The notes: a model not told the origin generated them from the letters alone. DNA of 64,000 nucleotides from an uncultured Verrucomicrobiae bacterium (GCA_963772365.1 CAVYXA010000001.1:1312001-1376000), one strand, 5' to 3'. Positions 9,678 to 19,989 are shown, numbered from the stretch's first letter. Program-made: numbers and translations.

Positions 9678-11339
9678 ATGCCCGCTACCCTGAGCTTATT
9701 GCGAATCAAAAATCTTGCGCTGGTGGAAGAGCTCGAGTGGGAACTCGCACCCGGTTTCATTGCCGTGACTGGCGAAACCGGCGCGGGCAAATCGATTATC
9801 ATCGGAGCGCTTCAACTTTTGCTCGGCGAGCGCGCGGACAAATCGCTCATTCGCACTGGGGCGGATCAATGCACGGTCGAAGCGATTTTCAGCGGAAAAG
9901 AATTACGCAAGTTGAACCCGCAGCTTGTCGAAGCTGGCGCCGAACCGTGCGAGGACGATCTCATCATCAAACGAACATTCTCGGCCACCGGCGGCACTCG
10001 CCAATTCATCAATGGCTCGCCGACGACGTTGTCGATCTTGAAGAATCTTGGTGATGAACTTGTCGATCTTCACGGACCGCACGATCATCAGTCTCTTCTC
10101 TCGCCCGAGAAGCAACTGGGCTTGCTCGATTCCTTCGCCCGAGCCGAAGCCGATCTCGCTGAATATCGGAAGCGTTACTCCGAACTGCAGAACTTGCTGG
10201 CCGAACACACCGCACTCAATACCGCTGAGACCGCCCGGGAACAGGAGCTCGATTTGCTTCGACATCAGATTGGCGAAATTTCCGCGGCTAAACTCGCGGC
10301 CGGCGAAGAAGAAGAAATCGAGACGCGTTACAAACTGGCCAGCAACAGCAAACGTTTGATCGAGCTGGCCAGCGCCGTCGCTCGCAGGTTGTCCGAAGCC
10401 GATGATTCGGTTCTATCACAGCTGGCCGAAACCCAGCGACTGTTGCGCGAGCTGGAGAAGATCGATAGTTCCATCGCACAGTTCTCATCGGCGCACGCTG
10501 CCAGCGTGGTCGAGCTCTCGGAGATCGCCCGAGCACTTTCGAATTACGCAGAAAAGCTCGATCTCGATCCGGAACAACTCGCGGCTCTCGAGCAGCGCGT
10601 TTCCCTGTTCGAGACTTTGAAACGCAAATACGGCGGTTCGATTTCCGAAGTGATCGCCTTTGGCGAACGGGCGGCTGAGCGAATGCGGAAGATCGAAGGA
10701 CGCGACACGGAGTTGGAACGTTTGGCAGCGGAGATCGAAAAAGTCCGCGAGCAAATGAATCGGGCCGGCGAAGCGCTGCGGAAGCTACGAACCAAGGCCG
10801 CGCCGAAACTTTCCGTCACAATTCGCAAGAACCTTGTCGATCTTGGGTTTCGCCAATCGGAATTCGAAGTGAAGCTCGATGCTCTGGAAAATCCGCGCGC
10901 CATCGGGTTTGATTCCGTTGAATTGCTGTTTTCACCCAACCCGGGCGAGCCGTTGAAACCGCTGCGGGTAATCGCTTCCAGCGGGGAAATTTCGCGCCTC
11001 ATGCTGGCCATCAAATCCGCGCTGGCCGCACATGACGCGGTCCCGTTACTGGTTTTTGACGAGATCGACACAAACGTGGGCGGAGAGATCGCAAATGCGG
11101 TCGGCGCGAAGATGAAAACGTTGGGGGACAAGCATCAAGTAATTTGCATCACGCATCTGCCTCAGGTCGCGTCGACAGCTTTCTCGCATTTTGTTGTGAC
11201 CAAGGAAGTAGTGCGCGGCCGCACTTACTCGCAACTTCGCGAGGTCACCGGCAAAGCACGGCGAGAAGAAATCGCCCGAATGCTCGGCGGAAAAAGCGAT
11301 TCGGCTTTGGAATTGGCTGCGACATTACTCAAACAATAG
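9678..11339 (+). CDS. recN: DNA repair protein RecN
   Basis: TGETGAGKS Walker A, HGPHDHQSLL, coiled coil, ASSGEISR, FDEID, ITHLPQVA, EIARMLGG. Confidence 0.97.
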   Translation: MPATLSLLRIKNLALVEELEWELAPGFIAVTGETGAGKSIIIGALQLLLGERADKSLIRTGADQCTVEAIFSGKELRKLNPQLVEAGAEPCEDDLIIKRTFSATGGTRQFINGSPTTLSILKNLGDELVDLHGPHDHQSLLSPEKQLGLLDSFARAEADLAEYRKRYSELQNLLAEHTALNTAETAREQELDLLRHQIGEISAAKLAAGEEEEIETRYKLASNSKRLIELASAVARRLSEADDSVLSQLAETQRLLRELEKIDSSIAQFSSAHAASVVELSEIARALSNYAEKLDLDPEQLAALEQRVSLFETLKRKYGGSISEVIAFGERAAERMRKIEGRDTELERLAAEIEKVREQMNRAGEALRKLRTKAAPKLSVTIRKNLVDLGFRQSEFEVKLDALENPRAIGFDSVELLFSPNPGEPLKPLRVIASSGEISRLMLAIKSALAAHDAVPLLVFDEIDTNVGGEIANAVGAKMKTLGDKHQVICITHLPQVASTAFSHFVVTKEVVRGRTYSQLREVTGKARREEIARMLGGKSDSALELAATLLKQ

Positions 11340-11366
11340 TGAGTCGCACGTTCCGCGTTTGTCCGT

Positions 11367-11957
11367 TTATTTACTCGGAACGCCAAGCGCGAGGATCGTC
11401 TTTCCGAAGATGTCGTTGAGAACTTGGGCGAGGCCCGTATAAATGGCGGAGAAGCCGCAGAAAATTCCTTCGTAACCGGTGAAATGCCTGAAGCCGGGAC
11501 CGGCGTCCGTGAAGTCGCCGATGGCGAGCAGAAAGAACAAAAGCGTCAGCGAACCAAAGACGACTCGGGTAGCGACATACAGTTTGAGCGTGGCGATGAA
11601 CATGACAAAGGTGAACAGGCCCCACATTGCCAGATAGGCAGCCATGGCCGATTCAGCCGATGCCGTCGCCCATCCGATTTTCGGCATTACTATTAAAGCG
11701 ACGAGCGAAAACCAAAATAATCCATAGGAAATGAATGCGGTGGTGGCGAAGGTATTGCCTTTCCGCCATTCCATAATTCCGGCAATGATTTGGGCGATGC
11801 CACCGTAGAAAATCCCCATTGCCAAAATCATGCTGTTCAGTTCAAAGAAGCCCGCGTTATGACAGTTGAGCAGGACTGTAGTCATACCGAAGCCGAGCAG
11901 CCCGAGCGGCGCGGGATTACCCGTCGTGTCTTTGATTTGAGTGAGCCCTTCGTTCAT
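11367..11957 (-). CDS. satP: Acetate/succinate transporter, GPR1/FUN34/YaaH family
   Basis: [14 protein letters not shown] signature; six transmembrane helices. Confidence 0.92.
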   Translation of the reverse strand: MNEGLTQIKDTTGNPAPLGLLGFGMTTVLLNCHNAGFFELNSMILAMGIFYGGIAQIIAGIMEWRKGNTFATTAFISYGLFWFSLVALIVMPKIGWATASAESAMAAYLAMWGLFTFVMFIATLKLYVATRVVFGSLTLLFFLLAIGDFTDAGPGFRHFTGYEGIFCGFSAIYTGLAQVLNDIFGKTILALGVPSK

Positions 11958-12131
11958 GCGGGCAGTGTTGTAAGAACAACATCGACAATGCAAGGAGAAT
12001 GACGCAGGGAGAAACAGTCTCAAGTATTCCCGGCTACGAGGCTTCTCGGGCGGCGTTGTAGCGACGTAACTCTTTTAACGATTTAACTTGTCGGCAACGG
12101 AGCGCCGAAATTATCGTCGGTTCTTTCGAAC

Positions 12132-13313
12132 ATGATTCAGCGCGATTATCTCATCGTCGGCGGCGGTATCAGCGGGGCGAGCGTCTGTGAAGGCATTCGC
12201 AAATACGATAAGCGCGGATCGATCACTTTGGTCGGCGCCGAAGTTTTCCCGCCGTATCGACGCTGGATTCTCTCGAAAGATTTTCTGCGGGGCAAGACAG
12301 CCGAGCCCAAGAAGCTGATCGAGCACGATGAGCGATGGTATCGCGCTCATAAGGTCGAGGCCCGTTTTGGGACAATTGTCACTCAGTTCAATATCGACCG
12401 CCGGCTCGCAGTCCTGGCCAATGGTGAGAGCATCGAGTTCAAGAAAGCTTGCCTGGCCATGGGCAGCCGGCCCGCCCGGCCGACAGTGGCCGGCACAACT
12501 CTCGGCAATGTCATTTATTTGCGAACGATGCGCGACGCGCTCGCCCTGCGAGAAATGGCCGATCTGGAAAGGACAATCATGATTGTCGGCGGCGGCCTAC
12601 TCGCTTGCGAAGTCGCCGCCAGCCTGCGGCGAGTCAAACACAAGGTCAGCATGATGCATCGAGATGCCTCTTTGCTGGATCGGTATGTTGATCCTGAGAC
12701 TGGCACGTGGTTGACGGAATATTTTGCAAAGCACGGCGTCACCCTGCTAATGGGTGAAAGCTTGAACGGATTCGAGGGCAAAACTGTGCTGCGAAATATT
12801 CAAACCAAAAGCGGAAACCGCGTGCCGGCGGGTCTCGCCGTGGTGGCCTGCGGAGCGGAGCCGAATCTCGATCTTGTCCGGGGCACGCCGCTTTCGGGAC
12901 CGCACGGATCACCGGTAAATGATTTTCTCGAGACGGAAGAAAAAGGAATCTATGCGGTGGGCGATCTGGCGTTTTATCCCGATCGGTTGATGGGAGGAAT
13001 GCGGCGGCAAACGCACTGGGACAACGCGCGTGGGCAAGGCCTGGTGGCTGGCGCGAATATGACCGGCAAGAAACGAATCCGGTACGAACAGATTCCCTAT
13101 TTCTGGACGGAGATGTTCGATCTTCGAATGGACTTCGTGGGCGATTTCAGTATCCAACCTACTCGGGTCGACGTAACGGGCGCACGCGCGAAAAAGAAAT
13201 TTGTGATCCGTCATTTTCAAGGAGACAAATTGCGCGCGATCTTGTTGTGCTGTCAGCCGCAGCGCGAAGTGGACGCGGCCAAAAAACAATTGCGCCACGC
13301 AGTCCAAAAATAA
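12132..13313 (+). CDS. FAD/NAD(P)-dependent oxidoreductase (ferredoxin-reductase-like)
   Basis: IVGGGISG, PPYRR..LSK, IVGGGLLACEVA, YAVGD and PYFWTEMFD motifs. Confidence 0.88.
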   Translation: MIQRDYLIVGGGISGASVCEGIRKYDKRGSITLVGAEVFPPYRRWILSKDFLRGKTAEPKKLIEHDERWYRAHKVEARFGTIVTQFNIDRRLAVLANGESIEFKKACLAMGSRPARPTVAGTTLGNVIYLRTMRDALALREMADLERTIMIVGGGLLACEVAASLRRVKHKVSMMHRDASLLDRYVDPETGTWLTEYFAKHGVTLLMGESLNGFEGKTVLRNIQTKSGNRVPAGLAVVACGAEPNLDLVRGTPLSGPHGSPVNDFLETEEKGIYAVGDLAFYPDRLMGGMRRQTHWDNARGQGLVAGANMTGKKRIRYEQIPYFWTEMFDLRMDFVGDFSIQPTRVDVTGARAKKKFVIRHFQGDKLRAILLCCQPQREVDAAKKQLRHAVQK

Positions 13314-13316
13314 TCG

Positions 13317-14213
13317 TCACGCCCGGGCCCGCTTTCGATACACCAGCAACGCGGCCGCAATATCTTCTACCGCCATCCCTAGCGATTTGAAGATTGTCGT
13401 TTCATCGGGACGCGCGGGGACCTTACCTGCAAGCGCTTCGCCGAGCTCGGCATAAATCTTCGCCCGGGAAAGAATGATGTCACCGGATTCCTTTTGTGCG
13501 CCTTCACGCGAATCGACAAAAACGAGATTTTGCATGGCTTCATCATCCAATTCGCGCCACTCGGGACGGCAAGCACCAACTGCATTGACGTGACAACCCG
13601 GCTTGAGCCATGCCCCACGCAAAACCGGCGTCTGTGAGCTTGTCACGGTCACGATTACATCCGCGCCGCGTACGGCATCTTCGGCCGCCATTGATGTTGC
13701 GCCGATTTCGACGGCGAATGTCTCAGCATTCTCTTTGGTTCGGCTCCAAACGCGAATTTCCTCGAATTTCCTCACCAGCCGTAGCGCTTCAACGTGACTC
13801 CGCGCTTGGACTCCACTTCCAAGAATGGCCAGGATTTTAGCGTCCGGTGATGCCAGAAGTCGGGTAGCCACAGCCGACACTGCCGCCGTCCGCATCTCGG
13901 TGATCAATCTCCCATCCATGACCACGAGAGGCGTGCCGGTCTTCGGATCGACAAGAAAGATCGTGGCCATGTGCGTGGGCAAACCGATCTCGGCATTTGG
14001 AGGATAAAACGTGACCACTTTGAGACCGAGTCCTTGCGAAAAGGCTGGCATGATTCCAAGAAAACCTCCCGGAGGATCGACAGCGATTATGGAGCGCACC
14101 GGCTGAATCACTCTGCCGGCAGAAAAATCGATCAGCGCTTTTTCCATGGCAGGAATCAGCTCCTGCATTCCCAGGTGCTGACGGACCACGCTCTCATCGA
14201 GAAATTCCATCAC
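13317..14213 (-). CDS. Ornithine cyclodeaminase / mu-crystallin family protein
   Basis: ITEMRTAAVSA, LGSGVQARSH, HVNAVGA, FKSLGMAVED. Confidence 0.93.
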   Translation of the reverse strand: MMEFLDESVVRQHLGMQELIPAMEKALIDFSAGRVIQPVRSIIAVDPPGGFLGIMPAFSQGLGLKVVTFYPPNAEIGLPTHMATIFLVDPKTGTPLVVMDGRLITEMRTAAVSAVATRLLASPDAKILAILGSGVQARSHVEALRLVRKFEEIRVWSRTKENAETFAVEIGATSMAAEDAVRGADVIVTVTSSQTPVLRGAWLKPGCHVNAVGACRPEWRELDDEAMQNLVFVDSREGAQKESGDIILSRAKIYAELGEALAGKVPARPDETTIFKSLGMAVEDIAAALLVYRKRARA

Positions 14214-14276
14214 GTTTTGTAATATCGTGGAACAAGATGAGCTTTACAGAAAGCCAAACCTGTAGGAATTGAGAGG

Positions 14277-14702
14277 ATGCAGATGTTTTCAAGTCGCAAA
14301 CAGGAATCGCCGTCAGTCGAGACGCCAACGCCGGCCGCCCGACCGGAACAGTTCAACCGCACCACCCCGCCCACGCCGAACCGATCCGGTGGGATTTTGT
14401 CGAGGGGCGTCTCGATCAAGGGGACCGTGAAATTTAACAACGAACTTTTGATCGATGGTGAAGTGGAAGGCAAAATCCAGTCCACGGGAACTCTTACGAT
14501 CGGCGAGCACGCAAAGATTCGCGGTGAGATTCGGTCAAAGTCGGTGAAGGTGCGCGGAAACGTGGAAGGCAATATTTTTGCCACGGAACGTTGCGAGCTC
14601 CAGGCCGGGTGCACCTTGCGTGGCGACATCGAAGCTCCGCGCTTCGTTGTCGATGAAAACGCGGCTTTCCTCGGCAGCGCAAAAGTCGGAACACCGAAGT
14701 AA
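14277..14702 (+). CDS. Bactofilin (polymer-forming cytoskeletal protein)
   Basis: IKGTVKF..LLIDGEVEGKI..LTIGEHAKIRGEI..V.GNVEGNI beta-helix pattern. Confidence 0.9.
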   Translation: MQMFSSRKQESPSVETPTPAARPEQFNRTTPPTPNRSGGILSRGVSIKGTVKFNNELLIDGEVEGKIQSTGTLTIGEHAKIRGEIRSKSVKVRGNVEGNIFATERCELQAGCTLRGDIEAPRFVVDENAAFLGSAKVGTPK

Positions 14703-14780
14703 CTCGGACAAGCGGGCGCGTCGGCAGGTTCCATCTGCATCCGCGCGTGACATCCGTCGGCAGGCGCAGATAATCCTGGA

Positions 14781-15887
14781 GTGGACAGACTCAATCTGCT
14801 CGGCGTCGGTCTCGGGCTAGCCTATCTCGCCGGGATCAATCTTTATCTCACGGTTTTTGCGACCGGGCTGGCGATTCATTTCCATTGGATCACCCTCGCG
14901 CCGGCCTATCAATCGCTGGATGTACTGGGCGATCCCGCGGTGATCATCTTCGCCGGCGTTCTCTACTTTCTGGAATTTTTTGCGGACAAGATTCCGTGGA
15001 TCGATTCGGCATGGGATAGCGTGCACACCGTGATCCGGCCAATTGGGGGAGCACTTCTCGCCATTCAAACACTTGGTCATCCTACTCCAGCGTTCGCGGT
15101 TATCGTCGGTCTTCTCGGAGGCGGTACCAGCCTGATCTCTCACACGGCGAAAGCAACGACTCGTCTCACCGCTAATACATCGCCCGAGCCGTTCTCAAAT
15201 ATAGCCCTGAGCCTGGCTGAAGACATCGCCGTGCTGGGCGGACTGGCTTTGATCCACTTCAATCCTCTGCTCGCATTGTCGATCTTTGTCCTGACGATTT
15301 TCGCCCTCCTCTACTTCGCGCCAAAAATGTTGCGGGCGATGAAGGCAAAGATCTGGCTGGCTTGGAAAAAATTAAATGGGCCGGCCGACCTCGACATGCC
15401 GGCCAAGCTCCCGATCGCTTTGCCTAACCGGTTCGCATCGATCTTTAACCGGCAAAATCTGCTCGGCGAAACGATTGCGTGGGCGGCGCCATGCATCAGC
15501 GGACGCGGCCGCCGAATTCCACCAAATCTGTTCGGCGCTCTGGTCGCAACCGACCAGGAGCCGCGAAAGCTTCACTTCGTCGGGCGCAAGAACGGTCGGC
15601 CTTTCTCGCAAACGATCGATCTCGATGGATCAATGATTACGCACGAGCCGAAATTTTTGTCCGAGAACCTGATCATTTTTCCGGCAGCTGGGAAGGGCCC
15701 GAAGTATTTGTTCGTTTTTCCGCGGTCGCAGGCCGCCCTGGTGGAAAAGATTGTGGAATATTTTCGGGGACATTTGTCCGCCGACAGTGGCATTGTTTCA
15801 TCCGCCCATTCTGTCGTGTTGAGCGAAGCGAAACATCTCGTCATCCCGAGCGAAGTCGAGGGATCCCGTCGCGGAACCTTGAGGTGA
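14781..15887 (+). CDS. DUF4126 membrane protein; last ~24 codons derive from a REP
   Basis: AGINLYLT, EFFADKIPWIDSAWDSVHTVIRP and SPEPFSNIALSLAED signature. Confidence 0.88.
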   Translation: MDRLNLLGVGLGLAYLAGINLYLTVFATGLAIHFHWITLAPAYQSLDVLGDPAVIIFAGVLYFLEFFADKIPWIDSAWDSVHTVIRPIGGALLAIQTLGHPTPAFAVIVGLLGGGTSLISHTAKATTRLTANTSPEPFSNIALSLAEDIAVLGGLALIHFNPLLALSIFVLTIFALLYFAPKMLRAMKAKIWLAWKKLNGPADLDMPAKLPIALPNRFASIFNRQNLLGETIAWAAPCISGRGRRIPPNLFGALVATDQEPRKLHFVGRKNGRPFSQTIDLDGSMITHEPKFLSENLIIFPAAGKGPKYLFVFPRSQAALVEKIVEYFRGHLSADSGIVSSAHSVVLSEAKHLVIPSEVEGSRRGTLR

Positions 15888-15933
15888 CGCCACGGGATTC
15901 TTCGACTCCGCTTCGCTACGCTCAGAATGACAG
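15811..15933. repeat. Nested GTC(A/G)-ended REP cluster overlapping the DUF4126 3' end
   Basis: ctgtcgtgttgagcgaagcgaaacatctc + gtcatcccgagcgaagtcgagggatccc...gggattcttcgactccgcttcgctacgctcagaatgacag. Confidence 0.8.
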
Positions 15934-15992
15934 GTCCCGCCAGCAGCGACTTCGGAGTCGCCCTTTGCTGAAGCTTGCCCTACAACGGCGGG

Positions 15993-17366
15993 ATGCAATC
16001 GTCTCCCGCCGAGCGTTACCGCGAGCTTCGCGACACGACGCGCGTGAGGGAGTGCGCTCTTTTTCTTCCGTTGCGGGTGCCGAGCGAATTGGAGCTGCAA
16101 GCCCGCTGGTTTGCCGGCGATTTTGGCAAACAGTTTGTGACGCCTGACGGAGACAAGATCGACATCGTTCAATTCGGAACTTGGAACCGCGAAGCTGGGC
16201 CGGATTTTCGCGAGGCGGCGATCTCAGTTAACGGAGGGGACCCAACTCGTGGCAGTATCGAATTCGATCTGGTGGATCGAAACTGGGAGACACACGGTCA
16301 CGCCACTAATCTATCGTTCGAAGATGCCGTGCTTCATGTGTTCGTAGAAAAGAGCGACCGCGCTTTTTTCACTCGAACGAAGTCAAACCGCGAAGTGCGA
16401 CAATTGCAGGTTGATCCGAACGCGCTGCCCGAGAGCTTTAGCGCGAATATCCCGCTGGCCCGGCCGGGGCGATGTCAGGCGCCATTGAAAGATTTGCCGG
16501 AAGATCGAATCAACGAAATCCTGAGCGCGGCCGCGCAGTTTCGATTGCAGCAAAAAGCCGCCCGAATCCGCCGTAAGCTCGACAGTCATGGACGAGATGA
16601 AGCTGTTTTTCAGGAAATCGCGACGGCTTTAGGTTACAAACAAAACAAACTGCCATTCACTTTGCTGGCGCAACGCCTTCCTCTGAAACTTTTGCGCGAG
16701 AACATCGACAATTCCGAGGCCCTGCTTTTTGGCATGGCCGGTTTTCTTCGAAACGCCGATCTCGACGTTTACAAAAAATCGACGCGCCAATATGTGCGGC
16801 AACTCTGGGATCGGTGGTGGCCGCATCGCGACGAGTTCGAACGTTTGATCTTGCCGGGTAAACTCTGGCGGCTCAGCAGTTCGCGACCACTCAATCATCC
16901 GCAGCGCCGCCTGGCCGCGCTAGCCACGCTGGCACGGGAATGGTCCCGGTTTCAACGGGCTTCGGCGAAAAGCAGAGCCGACGCAGCCAACGATTTCTTT
17001 CACAGCCTGGAACACCCGTTTTGGAATTTTCATTACACGCTTACCGCTCCAGCCTCGCCCAAAAAGATGGCGCTGATCGGCGAATCACGAGTCGCGGATA
17101 TTCTGGCGAATGTTCTCTTCCCGTTTTGGTTGGCGGAAAATGCCGAGCCTTGGACGGAATACGTGAAATTGTCGGCGCGTTTATCCAATCGGAGATTGGA
17201 AATTGCCGCCACGCGATTGTTTGGAAACGATGATCGGCGGACGCAATTTTTGAAAACGGTCGCCCATCAACAGGGTTTGCTTCAGATTTATGAGGATTTT
17301 TGCATGCGAGACAATTCCGATTGTGCTCAGTGCCCATTTCCCGAGCAAATGGCAAAATGGACGTGA
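15993..17366 (+). CDS. DUF2851 family protein
   Basis: GTWNREAGPDF, WETHGH..LHV, LGYKQN..PF, RPLNHPQRRLA, QQGLLQIYEDFC...CAQCPF. Confidence 0.88.
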   Translation: MQSSPAERYRELRDTTRVRECALFLPLRVPSELELQARWFAGDFGKQFVTPDGDKIDIVQFGTWNREAGPDFREAAISVNGGDPTRGSIEFDLVDRNWETHGHATNLSFEDAVLHVFVEKSDRAFFTRTKSNREVRQLQVDPNALPESFSANIPLARPGRCQAPLKDLPEDRINEILSAAAQFRLQQKAARIRRKLDSHGRDEAVFQEIATALGYKQNKLPFTLLAQRLPLKLLRENIDNSEALLFGMAGFLRNADLDVYKKSTRQYVRQLWDRWWPHRDEFERLILPGKLWRLSSSRPLNHPQRRLAALATLAREWSRFQRASAKSRADAANDFFHSLEHPFWNFHYTLTAPASPKKMALIGESRVADILANVLFPFWLAENAEPWTEYVKLSARLSNRRLEIAATRLFGNDDRRTQFLKTVAHQQGLLQIYEDFCMRDNSDCAQCPFPEQMAKWT

Positions 17367-17404
17367 CCAGCGCAAGCATTCCGCGGCATCATTTCAGGGA
17401 ATTC

Positions 17405-17433
17405 TTGTACTAACAATAAAGACAAAACATAAT
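17405..17433 (+). promoter_or_regulatory. Sigma70-type promoter of the pilin-like gene
   Basis: TTGTAC-17 bp-CATAAT, ending 9 nt before ATG 17443. Confidence 0.6.
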
Positions 17434-17442
17434 TGCGACCCG

Positions 17443-18030
17443 ATGCCGACCCGGTTGAAATCTTCGAAAGGCTTCACTTTGCTGGAGCTCATGGTGGTCA
17501 TCCTTGTGATCGCCACATTGATGGCTCTGGCGGTTCCGGTTTATCAAGGCGTTCTGGAACGGGCGAGGAAAGTCCAGGCGAAAAACGACGTCACTCAGAT
17601 TGTGACCGCCATCAATGCTTACTATACGGAGTATGGTAAATACCCGGTTGCAGCCGATGACACGCCGATCACCGATAATGGCACTTTGTTTAATGCGTTG
17701 CGTGCCGTTACCGGGAGTGATTCTGATAACCTGCGAAAGATCGTCTTCATATCGCCTCCCAACGTGAAAAGTGACACCGTCGGAACCAGGCGAGGCGGCG
17801 TCAGTCCAACTGACGGCAACTATTACGACCCATGGGGGAATTCCTATCGCGTAGCGATTGATGGCACTTATGACAATCAAATCGCAAATCCGTACAACGC
17901 CGACAGCGGCGCTGGTCCAAGCCAACTAAGGCAAGGTGTCATCGTGTGGTCGCTGGGCAAAGACAACATGCTCGGAAAAGCTGGAGATAGCGTGTTCACG
18001 GGCTCCGACGACGTGATTTCGTGGCAGTGA
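17443..18030 (+). CDS. Prepilin-type (type IV pilin / T2SS pseudopilin) protein
   Basis: KGFTLLELMVVILVIATL N-terminal methylation motif; YYTEYGKYP, DPWGNSY, WSLGKD, DDVISW. Confidence 0.9.
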   Translation: MPTRLKSSKGFTLLELMVVILVIATLMALAVPVYQGVLERARKVQAKNDVTQIVTAINAYYTEYGKYPVAADDTPITDNGTLFNALRAVTGSDSDNLRKIVFISPPNVKSDTVGTRRGGVSPTDGNYYDPWGNSYRVAIDGTYDNQIANPYNADSGAGPSQLRQGVIVWSLGKDNMLGKAGDSVFTGSDDVISWQ

Positions 18031-18033
18031 ATG

Positions 18034-18104
18034 AGCGGGTGAAGGGAATCGAACCCTCGTATGCAGCTTGGGAAGCTGCCGTTCTACCATTGAACTACAC
18101 CCGC
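18034..18104 (-). tRNA. tRNA-Gly (CCC); CCA not encoded
   Basis: gcgggtgtagttcaatggtagaacggcagcttcccaagctgcatacgagggttcgattcccttcacccgct folds as a cloverleaf with anticodon CCC. Confidence 0.97.
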
Positions 18105-18258
18105 GGAGGAACGTTCGATGCTCGATGTTTGATGTCGGATTTGCAAGCGCCGATTGGTCGCCCATAGCGCCAATATTGGTTTGCCAAGAAAAGATCGACA
18201 GTGAGATAGTAACGAAACGCGGCGTCGCGTTATCGAAGGTGACGCCTCGATTTTCCTA

Positions 18259-18729
18259 ATGCCAGTCGATCTGCCGCAAACAACTCAAAGAATGGGAGGA
18301 CCACTGGTCAAACAGTTCTCCGTATTTCTCCCGAACAAGGTCGGTGCGATGCTCGACCTGGTGAAACTGCTTAATAGTCACGATACTCATGTGGTCGCAC
18401 TTAGCGTTTCCGAGTCGACGGATTCGGCCATCGCCCGAATCATCGTAAGCGATCCGCAGCGGGTGGAAAAGTTGTTGCGGGAAAACAACATTGCCTTTGG
18501 GCTGAGCGAAGTTGTTGTCGTCGAGTTGCACGAAGTGGCGACCCAACTGGTCAAGCTTCTTGCGGCGTTGTTCATGGCGGAAGTGAATGTGCACTTTACC
18601 TATCCGTTATTGACCAGACCACATGGATTCGCCGCTCTCGCTCTTCACGTGGATGACACCGATTGCGCCTCGTCGGTGCTGCTGAGCGAAGGATTCAAAA
18701 CGCTCAGTCAAAACGATATTTCCCGGTAG
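18259..18729 (+). CDS. Tandem ACT-domain protein
   Basis: VKQFSVFLPNKVGAMLDL...ARIIVSDP...LFMAEVNVHFTYPLL. Confidence 0.85.
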   Translation: MPVDLPQTTQRMGGPLVKQFSVFLPNKVGAMLDLVKLLNSHDTHVVALSVSESTDSAIARIIVSDPQRVEKLLRENNIAFGLSEVVVVELHEVATQLVKLLAALFMAEVNVHFTYPLLTRPHGFAALALHVDDTDCASSVLLSEGFKTLSQNDISR

Positions 18730-18834
18730 AATTTCACACTACAGCCCCGGTTCTCCGGCCGGTTCGTTGGGATTTTTCCAAATTCAGTCTGACCGTGGCA
18801 TAAGCGAAGCTTTACCGATCACGTTCCCTGGCTT

Positions 18835-19173
18835 ATGAAACTATTCCGTAAGAGTAGTCCGGCACATCATTCCGTCGAGCCTCCTCCGATTCCCAGCTCG
18901 CTGGTGGTGCCGCCCAAGCCGACGATTTGTCTCAGCGCCGAGCAAAAAGCGATTCTGGAGCAACCTGTCGATCCTCGTGTGGACCGCATCCTGGGTGAAA
19001 TCTACGGCGAAAAGGCTGCGGCAGAACGGGCTCTCAAATCTCATCTTCGAATCGTCAAATTTCCCGACGCTCATTCCGAGGAGCGGCACGTCGTGCAGGA
19101 TAAAAACGGGTTCTGGCGAATCGTTCCGGGCCCGGCGCCGAACGAAAAAAGCGGTTTATTTGACGCGTTGTAG
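18835..19173 (+). CDS. Hypothetical protein
   Basis: 112-aa ATG ORF filling the gap between the ACT gene and ispD; no recognised motif. Confidence 0.5.
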   Translation: MKLFRKSSPAHHSVEPPPIPSSLVVPPKPTICLSAEQKAILEQPVDPRVDRILGEIYGEKAAAERALKSHLRIVKFPDAHSEERHVVQDKNGFWRIVPGPAPNEKSGLFDAL

Positions 19174-19202
19174 CAGCGCAATTCTCTTGCGGGGCGGGTC
19201 AA

Positions 19203-19883
19203 TCAATCCGCCGTTTGTTGGAGAAGAAACTCGGCCAGACGCAAATCGCGCGGATAAGTAATTTTGAGATTGCACTCTTTATTTAGGACGAGAGCTATCT
19301 TGTGACCGATGATTTCGACCGCTGATACTTCGTCAGTAACAGACAGTTCTTTCTCGGAGATCAGGCGATAAGCTTTCTCGAGTAAACTTCTCTCGAAGAT
19401 CTGAGGTGTTTGCATGGCATATAGATCGTGACGATCCACTGATCCAGTTACATTCAAATCAGCATCGGCGCGTTTGATTGTATCTCGGATCGGCTCGGCC
19501 AATGTCGCGGCGCCCGTCGCCCGAGCCTTTTGGTAAACAGATTCAATTTGTGACGGGCTAACGAGTGGTCGCGCTGCATCGTGGACGGCAACATATTTTA
19601 TTTCGCTGCCAAGCTTCGCCAAACCTGCCCGAACAGAATCTTGTCGATGTTCCCCTCCACGGACAATGGATCGCACTTTCGTAAAATTCTCCGCACGGAC
19701 CAGTTCTTCCATCTCGCGATGTCGATCCTCTCGGGCGACGACAAGAATTTCGCTGACCGATTTGGCCTTTTGAAACGCTGCGATAGCGTGCGCGACCACC
19801 GGTTTGCCGGCGATCTGGACAAATAATTTGTCGACAGCCATGCGACGACTGCTGCCGGCGGCGACCAGAATTACTGAAAGCAT
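19203..19883 (-). CDS. ispD: 2-C-methyl-D-erythritol 4-phosphate cytidylyltransferase
   Basis: VAAGSSRRM..K, GGEHRQDSV, VHDAARP, QTPQIF, TDE, NLKITYPRDL. Confidence 0.96.
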   Translation of the reverse strand: MLSVILVAAGSSRRMAVDKLFVQIAGKPVVAHAIAAFQKAKSVSEILVVAREDRHREMEELVRAENFTKVRSIVRGGEHRQDSVRAGLAKLGSEIKYVAVHDAARPLVSPSQIESVYQKARATGAATLAEPIRDTIKRADADLNVTGSVDRHDLYAMQTPQIFERSLLEKAYRLISEKELSVTDEVSAVEIIGHKIALVLNKECNLKITYPRDLRLAEFLLQQTAD

Positions 19884-19892
19884 CGTGGAGGT

Positions 19893-19988
19893 GTTAAAAC
19901 GCTGAACCGTTGAACCGGAATACAGCCATTGTCATTTTGAGCGAAGCGAAGAATGGAGCGAATGGAAATAACGTTTCAACGATTTAAC
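19893..19988. repeat. Inverted pair of 8-mer tandem arrays with a nested REP half
   Basis: gttaaaacgctgaaccgttgaacc ... aacgtttcaacgatttaac; contains ttgtcattttgagcgaagcgaagaat. Confidence 0.65.
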
Positions 19989-19989
19989 G

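Noticed and set aside
18034..18104. tRNA-Gly as an integration site for an island
   Set aside because: No integrase and no duplicated tRNA 3' end in the window; the flanking genes are ordinary.
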